The notes beneath the pieces are model-generated. The model ran no database searches and had not been told where the DNA came from. It worked only from the letters and a program-made list of their open reading frames with translations. 64,000 nt of DNA from Caecitellus pseudoparvulus (Eukaryota; Protista; Bigyra: Bicosoecida). The translations under genes were made by a program, and so were the position numbers. This document shows, one piece after another, positions 45,195 through 56,147 of this stretch (its first letter is position 1; every line of letters starts with the position of its first letter). The stretch spans positions 62,001 to 126,000 of the forward strand of contig CBFFRQ010000013.1 in the NCBI GenBank assembly GCA_965644315.1, in the 5' to 3' direction.

Positions 45195-47687
45195 ATGGCA
45201 TCTGGCGCCGCCTCCGGCGAGGGTGAGGCGAGTCAACCTACCCTGGGCATCGGCCAGGCCTGGTTGCGGGCTGTCAAGCGCGATGCCCTGCTGCAGTTTC
45301 TTCTGGGCGTGCACGCCTTCGGTGTCCAGCACGAGCAGGCCGTTGTGAGCCTGCTTGGCCACCCTGGCCAGCACACGCCACCCGGCCAAGCAACAACAGA
45401 GAGCAGCCAGGCAGCCAGTCCCGTGCGCCGCGGCATCAGTGCATTTGTTCTCCGGCTCTTCTCGCAACAAGAAGGGAGCAAGGTGCCCTATTCGCCAACC
45501 CGCGAAGACGTGCAGGCTGTCATGCAGTTCCTGGCGGCCAATTGTGTTGGTGTGTGGAGGTCGCTGCGGCGCGCACGCTCGCCCAGTTTGCCGCACCACG
45601 CCGCCGCGCCCCGCGTTCCGCTGCAGATGAAACCCTCACAGCTCTCTTTCTAGAAAGTGGTGTGAACTTTGACAGCGTCGGGGGCGACGTACGCCTGCTG
45701 CTGGTGGACCTCTCCAACCTCGTGCTTGACTTCCAGGCTCGCGCTGCAATGCCACAGGCCGAGCAGGCCGACGAGCCCTTCCCCCTGATAGACTTCCCCA
45801 GCACACAGCCCCAGGGGGACCAGGCAAGCGAGGACTCGAGTCAAGCGCTGCCTCCTGCCATGCGGCGCCTGCTGGCGGCAGCGCTGGCTGCTGAGCGCCC
45901 CCTTGCACTTGGTGCGGAAAGTGGTGCTCTCACAGCACTTGTGACCACCGCGCTGTCGGCGGTGCGGCAGCAGAGCGCCGCCTTGCGCCGCCAGCAAGCC
46001 GAGGGGAAGGCGACACACACGCCCATCGTGACCGTGTCACAGCTGCGTCTGCTGCGTTACATGGCAGCGCAGCACGACGACCGCGTAGGCGAGGCAGTGC
46101 AGCCCGGCAACAGCCTGCCACCCACACTTGACACATGGCCCTTCCTGCTGCCGTCCCTGGCGCAGGCAGCACACCTTCGCCCGACCTTTCGACCCCGCCC
46201 CTTGGTCTTGTTGCTGTGGTCCCTGCAACAGGCCTGGTTCGACAGCACCATGCGGAAGGCGCTGGGGTCTGCGCTGCCCTCTGCACCCGTGTGCGCAGCT
46301 CCCCACCTCATGCCGGGGGCCACGGCACCCAGTCTGAACGCCCTACGGCCCACCGATGCCCCAGGGGAGGGTGCGTGGGTGTGCTCTGGCGGCGAGGAGG
46401 ACGCTCCCCTCCTTCTGGGTGCGGAGCGCCCTCCACCAGCCACTGCCCTGGCAGCTGCGGCAAGGGAGGTGCACGGGCACTTCCCCCAGCGCCCCACCCG
46501 CCCGCGCTGGGAAGGGGGGTCTCCAGAGGAGTTCTCAGAAAGCCTTCGTAGAGGCTTGGCAGGCCTGGGGCCTGAGGAGGTGGACGCTCTGCTGGCCTCG
46601 GCATACGCGTCTACCCTCATGCTGCGGGCCACGTGCAACTTGGTGGACTTCATGCGGCAGGTGTGGTACCCACACGTCATCCTGGCACACGCCCAGCACC
46701 TGTTCCCGCCCTGGACCACACCCTCCTCGCTGGCCCGCGCAGCTGAGCTGCACGCCGCAGAGGGCACCGCCCCCACGCCCACGGCAAGCGCCGCTGCAGC
46801 TGCCCCCCCAAGCAGCCCGCAGTCTCCGCCAGGGTGGGCAGCGGCGACCCAGGTGGCCCAAGCGAACCTCGCAGCCGCTGGCTCCGCCGCCACACAGCAC
46901 TTCTACAAGCCCTTCATGCTGTCCTGGGCGCATGCCGGCCAGCCGGGCGCCTGCACCTCGGCCAGCAGCTGGATGATGGACACTCTGGCGGAGGAGGGTG
47001 ACTGGCTGCCGGCCGTGAACCCACTGTTTTTCTACTTCCCCCAGGCCCTGCCGACAGGCAAGGCTGCCGCTGGCATCCTGCAGGACACGGAGTATGTGAG
47101 CGACGGCGGCCCAGCGAGTGGCAAGGATGTGGAGGTGACAGCGATGCGCCTGTGGGAGCGCGGCGCCAGCCAGGAGCTGAAGGAGGCAGGTAGGCAGCTG
47201 GACCTGCTGGTGGACCAGGGCAGCGAGAACGCCAAGCAGTTCAAGGCTGCTGCTGGTGCCCTCAGGGCTGCTGCCAAGGCCCGCAGGGACGTGGAGAGCA
47301 AGCTGCGGAGGAACTTGGAGACTGAGGGGCGCAAAGTGGAGGAGGCATTCACGCGCCTGAAGGCCGCGCAGCAGCAGCGCACGGAGCTGTGGGACACTCT
47401 GGAAAAGCAAAACGTGGCCTATGCGTTCTTGGACAAAGTGCGGGCTCTGGTACGGCTGGGCGCTGCCTCCCGCACGTTGGCGCTTGTCACCTACACTTGC
47501 ACCCCTCCCTTCTGCACAGGCTTCGCGCGAGAACCGCTGCGTTGGATGTCGTTGCTTGGTTCAGGGAGAAGGTGGATTCTGCTGCTGCCTCGGACCCATT
47601 GCCAGGCGCAGGGCGTGCTACTTGTGCCTCCTCATTGCCGTGCTCATCGTCAACGTCGTCCTCCTCATCAACGCTGCTCGCTCCTGA
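45195..47687 (+). CDS. tail-anchored coiled-coil membrane protein with SNARE-like segment
   Basis: Intron near 45550-45627 and intron near 47438-47519. The last exon encodes a Cys-rich stretch and TM (CYLCLLIAVLIVNVVLLINA), then TGA at 47685-47687. Confidence 0.55.
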
Positions 47688-47806
47688 GCCTGTTTGAAAT
47701 GAACCCTCGCGAATTTAGGCACAGCAGCGCACCTGCACGAAGTCAAAACCAAACCATGTTAGACACAGCTCACGCTTGCAGGTGCTGCGCGGGGATTTGT
47801 GTGCCC

Positions 47807-50086
47807 ATGGACCGGTTTGTGGTGCGCAAAGCCCGGGTGGCTGTTGCCCAATTTCCGCAGGCCCGGCCAGCCCGCCGGCGCGGACGCAGGGCACGGGATC
47901 TGGACAGCCCCAGCTCCAGCAGCGCAGGGAGTGACGAAGAACTCAGCCCCAGCTACACACTCTCAACGGCGCCCACTCGAGGCGCTTCGCCTCGCAGCCC
48001 TGGCTCCGACAGCAGCACTGCTCTGGCTCAGCCAGCTCCCTCACGCGGGACGCTGCATGCGCATCTGCGACCTGTCCAGGGAAGTGTGCTGCCCCAAGCA
48101 CAGAGCTCTCCTCGTGTGCCACCCACTCGGCGCCGCAGGTGGCCGCATGGGGTGTCTGTTCTGGAGCAGCTGCGACTGCGGCGCATTGGCTGCGACGCTC
48201 ACAGAGATTTGAAGGTGGCGCGGGCTAGGCAGGATGCTGCCTGCCACGCCGCCGCCGCAGAGAGCTGCAGCCTGTGGCAAGCGCCTTCACCCAGTGTGTT
48301 GGCGGCGCCTTGTGCGGCTCATGCAGCAGCAGGGCGGTTTGCCGTGCACGTCAAGTCTCGCTGCGCAGTCTGCACGTGGGTGCCAGGGCACAGACACACC
48401 CCCCCCCACGTGTCCGTGTTCTGGCGGCTTGACAACGTGGCTGAGTCGGTCCAAGCGCTGCACCTGGACGACTACGCCTGCCTCGTCGTCACCGCATCCG
48501 GCCGCAACGCGTCTCTGAGCCTGCACCTGCACCTGGTCACAGTGGTCGCTCGCCGATGTGGCCACGCCCTCGCCGCCTCAGCTCAAGCAGCGCGAACGGT
48601 CTCCTGGCCAGACACCGGCGGCGGCCGGCCCATCCTGGCTGTGCAGTCCGCCCTCCAGGCAGGACAGGGTCCACGCCTGGCGGTGAGCTGGGGGAGCAGG
48701 CTGGCCTGCTTCACGCTGCAGCCTCCCGTGGCCGGGCAGCCGACCTGGGACCTGCCCCCCCCCACCTGGCACTGCAGCATCCTCGACCGGCGGCACACCG
48801 GGTCGCTGCATGCGTGGGCTGGCGGGCTGCAGGCGCAGCGCCAGGTGCCACAGCAGGGCGGGGGGAAGCCCCTCCCCCGGCGGCCGCGTCAGGCAGCCTT
48901 CGGGCTGGCGGCCCGCAGTGCTGGTGCGCCCAGCGTCAGGGGCGACAGGGACAGCGCGCATGGCACTAGGGGACCCACCACATCGGGGTCCGTCCCCCCT
49001 GCCTCTTCTCTGCAGGGCCAGCAAGTCACAGCACGGCCCACTTCAGCTGGCGCTGCGGTGGGCGTTAGGGTGCCGTCGGCATTGACGCGATGTCAGGTCG
49101 CGCAGAAACGCCTGTTCGACCGGGTCAAGAGTGCCTCGGGGGCGCAGCCTGGGCTGCACGCTGCACCGGGCAGCGGGCGTGTGGTGGCGGTGGAGTGGTC
49201 AGGGCAGTTTCTGCTGGTGGGCGTGGGGTCCACGCTGCAGGTGTGGGACACACACCGACTGTCCACCCCCTTATTCGGCTCCGCTGCAGAGCCCCACCTA
49301 GCGCAGTGCGTCAACGTGCACAGCCTGTTCGCTTCCCCCCTCGCCATCGTGCACCCTGCTGGCGGCGGCTTCACCTGCCCGGCCCTGGCCGCTCCCCTCC
49401 GCAGCACGGCGTCCGGACCAGGCGCCGGCGTTGAGACTCGTTTCCCTGGCTGCGCGGTGCTGGAGACATGCAAGAACCGCATTCAGGGGCTGGTGTGCAT
49501 TGGGCAAGGCAGCCTGGCACTGGTGGTGCTGGTGGATGGCGCAGCGTTCACGTTGGATGCGCAGGCCGGGCAAGTGTGCAGCATGGGGTGGGGGGAGGGC
49601 GCCCCCAGAGCCAGCACACCCTCCTTGGCGCCCCCTGCAGCCCTGCGCACGGCAGAGGCTACCGTATCAAGAGCCATCCTGAGGGCGGAACCGGTGGCTG
49701 TTCCCAGAATCGGCGCGGCGTCTGGCCAGCGCATTGTGCCCGACCCGACGGACACACGCGCCGTGCTGATCATGCATTGGCACGGGGAGACCATCCGTGC
49801 GATTCGCCTTCGACACACTGGCCGGGCGTCGAGTTGCGTTGGGGCGCTGCGCGTGCTGCCGAGTCTGCACAGCACGCAGCTGCCTTGGCAGGGCCGGGGC
49901 GCGCTGGAGGCGTTGGAAGCTGCGATACCCGTGCCTGCGTCAGGTGCGTGGGTGGCGGCCTCTGCGTCCTGCTCAGTCGGAGTGCAGGTGGTGGGGGAGG
50001 TGTGTGTTTCGTGGTCTGCAGACGTTCCCTCCTTGCTGACCCTGCGCCGCTGGCTGCAGCTCGTCAAATGCCCAGCTCGGCCATGA
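47807..50086 (+). CDS. hypothetical degenerate WD40/DCAF-like protein
   Basis: CC-ATG-G start MDRFVVRK, helix VLEQLRLRRIG and WD-like VVAVEWSGQFLLVGVGSTLQVWD. Confidence 0.45.
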   Translation: MDRFVVRKARVAVAQFPQARPARRRGRRARDLDSPSSSSAGSDEELSPSYTLSTAPTRGASPRSPGSDSSTALAQPAPSRGTLHAHLRPVQGSVLPQAQSSPRVPPTRRRRWPHGVSVLEQLRLRRIGCDAHRDLKVARARQDAACHAAAAESCSLWQAPSPSVLAAPCAAHAAAGRFAVHVKSRCAVCTWVPGHRHTPPHVSVFWRLDNVAESVQALHLDDYACLVVTASGRNASLSLHLHLVTVVARRCGHALAASAQAARTVSWPDTGGGRPILAVQSALQAGQGPRLAVSWGSRLACFTLQPPVAGQPTWDLPPPTWHCSILDRRHTGSLHAWAGGLQAQRQVPQQGGGKPLPRRPRQAAFGLAARSAGAPSVRGDRDSAHGTRGPTTSGSVPPASSLQGQQVTARPTSAGAAVGVRVPSALTRCQVAQKRLFDRVKSASGAQPGLHAAPGSGRVVAVEWSGQFLLVGVGSTLQVWDTHRLSTPLFGSAAEPHLAQCVNVHSLFASPLAIVHPAGGGFTCPALAAPLRSTASGPGAGVETRFPGCAVLETCKNRIQGLVCIGQGSLALVVLVDGAAFTLDAQAGQVCSMGWGEGAPRASTPSLAPPAALRTAEATVSRAILRAEPVAVPRIGAASGQRIVPDPTDTRAVLIMHWHGETIRAIRLRHTGRASSCVGALRVLPSLHSTQLPWQGRGALEALEAAIPVPASGAWVAASASCSVGVQVVGEVCVSWSADVPSLLTLRRWLQLVKCPARP

Positions 50087-51030
50087 TGCGTTTCATCTCC
50101 GCCTCGTCGGCACCCGCCCCCCCTCCACCAGCTGGCACGGCCGTGCGTGCTGTGGGCGTCGCAGTGGCGCCGGCAGGGGCCGCCACTGCTCCCGCTGGTG
50201 TGGCGCCCACCCCCGCCAGAGCTGCGCTGTGCTCCACCCCCACTTCGGCAAGAACTTGCGCCACGACGTCGTCAGCCTCCGCTTCATCGTCTTCAAAGGC
50301 GTCTGCCAGGGCGTCGTCCATCATCTCCTGTGTCATGTCCATGCGCTCCGTGGCCATGGCGAAGTCACGTGCCACATGCATCATGTTCTGCTGCTGCATC
50401 TGGGCATTCTGCTGCTTCAGCACGCCAGTGGCCTTGGCCATAGCTGTGCCCATGGACGCTGTCGCAGCCATGCTCTGTGTTGGTGGGAGGGGGAGCAAGT
50501 GCAGCTGCCGCCGGCAGGGGGCGCGCCCGTGTGCCGCAACGCACCGTCATCTGCATCTGCATGGAAGACATGTTGGCCGTGAACCCCATCAGCTTGGCCT
50601 CGTGGTTGCGCAGCTGCACCAGCTGCTTCGCCAGCGTCTTGACAACGTCTTGGTTGCCCTGTCTGGCGGCTCGCTTGATCTCTGCGGTCACCTTCTCTTG
50701 CTCCCTCTGCGCAGAGGGCAGCGTTGCAGCGAGGTGGCAGCAGCGGCACTCTCTGAGCCAGCAGGCGGGTTCACGCAGCGCTGAGCCAGGCGCCGCACCT
50801 TGTTAACCAAGCGCTGTCGCTCGACGTCTCGCTTGCCACGCTCGATTTCACGCTTCCCTTCCCTCGCGTTCTCTGCGGGGGGGGAACGCAGGGCGCTATG
50901 CGTGCGCTACCCAAGTGTGGGCGTTTCCGGGAAAGGTGCGCCTGGCTTGCCTGCCCAGTCTAGGGGCGTGGCAGCGCCTCGCACACTCACTTTTGGGATC
51001 CACAGGCTTTTGACTACCAAATGAGAACAT
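50064..51030 (-). CDS. CHMP2: ESCRT-III subunit CHMP2/Vps2 (Snf7 family), multi-exon
   Basis: MFSFG...KPVDPK, AEIKRAARQGNQDVVKTLAKQLVQLR, MDMTQEMMDDAL...EADDVVAQVLAEVGVE. Confidence 0.88.
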
Positions 51031-51457
51031 GCTGGGTGCTCAGGCACTCTGGGTGCTGCTTGGATCGACAGGGAGCTGGCGAGGCTGGAGCAGGCCAGGT
51101 GCAGCAGCACTTCACGCTGTAAACGACCCCTAGCCGCGGCAAGATACGCTAGAAGCAGGCGTGCAGAGTCGCAGGACCAGAAGTACAAAATACAGGACCT
51201 GAGCAGGCAGGGGTTGAGGCATGTTTTGGTTTTTGCGTGGTTGCCCGAATGCCTGTGAAGCTGCAGCCTCGCGAGTGCGCGACCCAGCCCCCCTGCGACA
51301 TGTGCCTGTCGGCTGCAAGCCAACCCCTTCACCACAACAAAACATTGGAACCAAGCATGCTCCAGGGGACGCCATGGCTATGGTGCTGAGTTCAGCTGCC
51401 TTTCAATCGGCTCGGCACTGGGCCAGCATGAAACGTGACTGAAACTTCCAGTTCAGC

Positions 51458-54110
51458 ATGGAGCCCGAGTCCGAAAGGCGTTCGATCCCACTCACAGTGC
51501 GCTGCCACGTGTGCGGGGAGATAGGCCATCGAGCGGGATTCCGCGATTCGGTGTATGTTGACTGCCCCAACCGGGCTTGCTACTTGTGGTGCGTGCACAG
51601 CGAAACCCTGACGTGGTTTGCTCGCCAACGTCAGGCCCACCCCGCTGGCCTTGTCCGCTCACAGCAAGCAAGACGGCCACACCACGATGACTTGTCCCTA
51701 TCGAGCAAAGCCTGGGGATGGCAAGCTTGTTCGCAACATGGACGGCAGCAGCGTGCTGCGTCGGCTGCAGCAGCGGGAGGAGGGTCTCACGACGCCAGCG
51801 TCCACCGTTGCTCGGCGCCTAATGCGGGCACGGCGCCACCTGCCACGCCCTGTGACACACCTGTGGCAGCAGCCCCAGCACTGGCGCGTGACGTCTGCGC
51901 TTGTGAAGGTGCACTCCCGGCGCGTGACGGTGCTGGAGTTCCACCCACACCGCCCCGGCCTCCTGCTGAGTGGTGACAAGTTCGGAGAGCTGTGCCTGTG
52001 GCGCCACGACACGACGCAGCGGGAGGTTTGGAGTCCTCACCGGTACCTCGTATCGGCGCTCTGCTTCGGCGTGCGCGCAGAGGACAATGGCGTCTTCACA
52101 GGCAGCCAGGACGGCACGGTGAAGCGTGTGGACCTGACCACGCACGACAGCACGCCCCTTCTATCCCTGAACCCGGCTGGGTGGCAGGGGCGCCCCAAGG
52201 ACTGGCGCATGGTGCAGAGTGTGGCGGGGGATGAGCGCTGCCTGTGGGTGGGGGACGACGTCGGGCTGGTGCACGTGGTGGACCCCCGGGCAGGGGGCGG
52301 GGGCCACCGCGTGCAGGCCTCCTTCCAGGCCCACGCCAAGGGGGACAAGGTGCAGTGCTTGCACGCCAACCCGGGTGTGCCGTGGCTCATGGCCAGCGCA
52401 GGCAACGACAAGACTGTGCGGGTGTGGGATGCGCGCATGCTGGGGCGTGCTGCCAGCGCGTCCGCCGGGTGGGGCGTGCCCGGCACGGGTGCATGGTGGG
52501 CGCCCCAGCCGGCGGGCGGGGACCCCACCCCAGTGCTGACTTTGCAGCACTCCAGGGCAGTGAGCTCAGCTTTCTGGTCGCCCGTGTCAGGGAGGCACCT
52601 GCTCACGACGTGCTTGGACAACCGCATCCGGGTGTGGCATGACGTCATGTGCAGCGGGTTTCCTCAACGCTCAAAGGCACAGCCACCGCCCTCACCTGCT
52701 GCCAGTCGGGCTTCGGATGATGCATTTGCCTCCCCAAGCGTGCATGCGCCAGTGCGGGGTGGTGGCACTCCTCGTGCAGTAAAGAGCGGTGATTTGAGCC
52801 TTGGCGAGGCGGTCCCACCTCCCTCCACCACGCTCATCCACAGCCACGACTATGGCAGGTACCTGTCGCCGTTTCGGGCGGTGTGGGACCCGAAGGACAC
52901 CCGGGAACGGCTGATCGCGTGTGGGCGGTACATTTCCGACAGCTTCGGCGGGGTGAAGCTGCACCCCGTGGATTTGCTGGATGCCAGCGGAACAGCGGGG
53001 GGATCTGGTGTAGTAGCTCAGCTTGTGGACCCCATCGTGACGACCATCACACCCGTGACAGCCATATCCCCACACGAACAAGCAATCGCAGCGGGGTCCA
53101 GCATGTCCCTGTTCTTGTGGAAACCTGTGTCCGCTGGGAAGCAGCGTGCTGACGGAGTAGGATCGGGCGAAGGCGACGACACGCCAGCCACCGCATCAGC
53201 CGATCGCGACCAGGCCACACGCAGCCCTGCGCCCTCCGACAACACACCTTGGTGGGAGCTCCCAGAGCACTGCCTTGTGGAGTCCCCCGTGAGCAAGGGG
53301 AGCAGGGGGAGCGGCAAGAAAGGCGGCAAGAAGCGGCAACGCAATGCCGCCGCCGCCTTCACTGCCGCTGCCGAAGCAGCACTTGAGGCCCAGCCCCCAG
53401 CACCAGAGGTACTGCTGCTGGACGGGGCTGAGGGTGACGTCCAGCCATACAGCATGCAGGCAGCTCTGAAGAAGGCCCGGCGCGCGACCCAGGCAAAGGC
53501 GCGCAAGGCCATGAAGACCACGGCAGCGGGCGACTCTACATCCCAGCGATCTGGGGCGTCGAGCGAGCCGCGCAAAACTGCACAAAAAGGGACAAAACGA
53601 AGAAGGAAAGCGACTGACACCAACGCCAGCGTGGCAAGTTCGCAGGGCATGGCTCCCGCGTCGCCTGCACCGGCTGCGTCCGCACAGCGGCGGCCCTCAC
53701 GGCGCAGCAAGGGGTCTACGGCAAGTCCACCAGCTGTGCTCCCCACCTCACCACCTTCCACCAGCAAGTCGAAAACAAGTCCGTACTTTGATGCACAAGC
53801 TGCCGCTGACCAGGAGCTTCCAGGTGGCGCTGCGGCGGACTTGGCGAGGTTCGCTTTTCGGGGTGGCGGAGACCGAGGTCGAGCGGCACGGCAACTGTGC
53901 CGCCCAGACGCGCCGAGCAGCACTGCATCTACACTGAACACGTCCGCAACTTTAACCCAGCCCTCAGATTCCGCTGTGGCAGGCGGCCGCGGGGTCCTGA
54001 CTGGTACTCAGGAAGTCAGCGACAGCGACAGCGAGGCAGGGGACTTCACGGGCCCTGCCGCGCCGCCCCCCGAGGCGCCTGAAGGCACCAGCCCCTACTT
54101 TAAGAAGTGA
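51458..54110 (+). CDS. DDB2: DNA damage-binding protein 2, plant-type with N-terminal zinc knuckles
   Basis: CHVCGEIGHRAGF...YVDCPNRACYLC|KQDGHTTMTCPYR, HSRRVTVLEFHP, WDAR, HSHDYGRYLSPFRAVWDPKD...GRYISD...LHPVD. Confidence 0.88.
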
Positions 54111-54162
54111 CTGCCAGACAAAGCAAATGCATTGGCGTGAGCGGGAGCACAGCTTGCGCTGC

Positions 54163-54234
54163 AGCGCTGCGTTGGTCAGAGGCGGGTGTCCCGTGAGGGC
54201 TGCCGCCCGCCTCGTCGTGACGCTCACTTGCGCT
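54163..54234 (-). promoter_or_regulatory. candidate eukaryotic SECIS element (type II shape, non-canonical ACGA core)
   Basis: RNA: AGCGC..GCGU-CA-CGAC-GAGGCGGG-CGG-CAG-CCC-UCAC-GGG-ACA-CCCGCCUC-UGAC-CA-ACGC-A-GCGCU. Tandem GA/GA at the base of an 8-bp perfect stem, plus an apical mini-stem. Confidence 0.6.
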
Positions 54235-54271
54235 GGGGGGAGGAGGGGAGGTGGTGCCTCGCAGCACCACA

Positions 54272-54311
54272 GGCCCATGTCAAGGGAAGCCTTGGCTCCT
54301 TAACATGGGCC
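54272..54311 (-). promoter_or_regulatory. 14-bp RNA hairpin starting 6 nt 3' of the in-frame UGA (Sec redefinition element-like)
   Basis: GGCCCAUGUUAAGG / CCUUGACAUGGGCC: 13 Watson-Crick pairs plus one U-G wobble on the sense strand. Confidence 0.6.
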
Positions 54312-54668
54312 GCGCCCTCAAGCCCTGGGGGGCGCCTTGGGCAGGTCCCGGATGCCCATCACGCGAGGGCCACCCCCCCCGCGCCCACCTCTCCCACCCC
54401 CCCCCGTGGCACGAGCTTGGCCGCCCGTGGCAGGGGGCGCTTGTGGCGCAGTCATGCACTTGTACACTGCATACCCGGCGCCGCCAAGCAAGGCCCCCTT
54501 CATGCCGAGCAGCAAGAAGCCCAGCAGCACGATCCCCCCTGCGATGAGGAGCTCCTTCTGGCTGCCAGCACAGGCAGAAGCTTGCGCTGGGACCGCTCGA
54601 TCAGCCTGTCCATCAGCTTGGGGGGCGGTGGCACCGTTGTCGATGCGCCCGTTTGTGATTTTCACCAT
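54300..54668 (-). CDS. small SelK/SelS-like (FAM241-like TM) membrane protein, candidate selenoprotein with UGA-Sec at 54318-54320
   Basis: MVKITNGRI..., TM GIVLLGFLLLGMKGALLGGAGYAVY, Gly/Arg-rich tail GPRVMGIRDLPKAPPRA-UGA-GRGPC-UAA. SECIS-like element downstream. Confidence 0.7.
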
Positions 54669-54877
54669 GGCAGGCGCCTGTGGCAACGCAAGTGAAACGC
54701 CGCGACCTACGTTGCGCACCGAGGAGTCCATGTAGGGAGGCGCGCGCAGATGACAAGCTCCGGAGAGCCGATGTAGTTTGAAAGCTATGCGGGGATGTCC
54801 TGCAGTGCATTGTGCACGATTGTGAGGGGGGAGGGGGGGGCTGTCGTGGCCTCCAAAACCTTGCGTGAGCCAGGCTT

Positions 54878-55796
54878 TCACTTGGCAGAAGCTGCAGTGC
54901 CCTGCGCGGCGACAGCAGCCTCCTTGGCCGCGATGGCATCAGCATCCCCCAGGTAGTAATGCTTGATGGGCTTCAGGTCAGCGTCCAGCTCGTACACGAG
55001 AGGCACGCCAGTGGGGATGTTCAGCCCCGTGATCTCGTCATCCGACACGCCGTCCAGGTGCTTCACCAGTGCTCGCAGGGAGTTGCCATGGGCTGCCACC
55101 AGCAGGTCCTTGCCCTCCTTGATGGCTGGTGTGAGGGTGCCTTCCCAGTAAGGCAGCACGCGCTCCAGGGTCAGCTTCAGGCTCTCCGCAGCCGGCAGGA
55201 GGGCAGGGTCCAGGCCCGCGTACTTGGGGTCGTTGGCGGGGTGCCGTTCATCCTCCGTGTCCAGGGCAGGAGGTGGGATGTCGTACGACCGGCGCCAGAT
55301 CTTCACCTGCGCATCGCCGTGCTTGGCTGCCGTCTCAGCCTTGTTCAGGCCGGTGAGAGCGCCGTAATGGCGCTCGTTCAGACGCCAGGAGCGAAAGACG
55401 GGGATCCAGCACAGGTCCATCTCCTCCAAGACATGCCTGTGCGGCGGGCAGCAGCACTAGGCCATGCTGTGAGCGGTTGGCCAGCGAGCGCGGCACCACT
55501 CACCACAGAGTCGTGATGGCCCGCTTCAGCACTGAGGTGTGGGCGGCGTCGAACTTAAAGCCAGCTTCTTTCAGCAACACACCTGCGGCCTTGGCCTCGC
55601 TGTGCCCCTTCTCACTCAAGGCGGCGTCTGCGGGCGCCGGTTAAGAGGTGCTGGGCAGCTGCGGGAATTGCGCCCCCTCGACACGCTTTCACACACCGTG
55701 CCACCCGCAGAACTTGTTGGCCTTGTTCCACTCGCTTTCGCCATGCCTGATGAGTACCAGCCTGTGGGCAGCCGCAGAGGAGGATGCTTCGGCCAT
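54878..55796 (-). CDS. gpmA: 2,3-bisphosphoglycerate-dependent phosphoglycerate mutase, 3 exons
   Basis: [75 protein letters not shown]. Confidence 0.96.
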
Positions 55797-56147
55797 GGTG
55801 GATGAGGGAGTCGTGGGTTGTTGGGTGGTGGTCTGTGGACCTGGACAAGCTTCGCTGGGTGGTGAAGCGAAGGTGCATTGCGAGGCGGGGCAATCGCGTG
55901 GGGGCGAGGGTTAAAGTGTGCATCCCATGCAAGCTGCACCACTCCGCACTGCCCCTAAGGCCTGTGGGAAAGGGGGGGGTCGCAGGTAAGTGTGCCAGCG
56001 TGAACTGTCCCACACGCGTGCCCTCAGGCGGGCGGGTAATCTACGCTGGGATCGCTCTTGGCCAGGCATGCGGGCGCGTGCAACTCCTCATGCACCACTC
56101 GGGGCGCCTGGCCGTGGAAGCCCCACGCCATACGCGCACACTCACCG

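Noticed and set aside
45542-50086. 1514-aa ORF as one giant protein
   Set aside because: It runs through a probable intron, an out-of-frame terminal exon ending at 47687 and an intergenic stretch. Two genes that happen to share a frame fit better.
1124-54783. TTTGAA/TTCAAA as a shared promoter element
   Set aside because: Seen upstream of only a few genes, in mixed orientation, and also within coding sequence.
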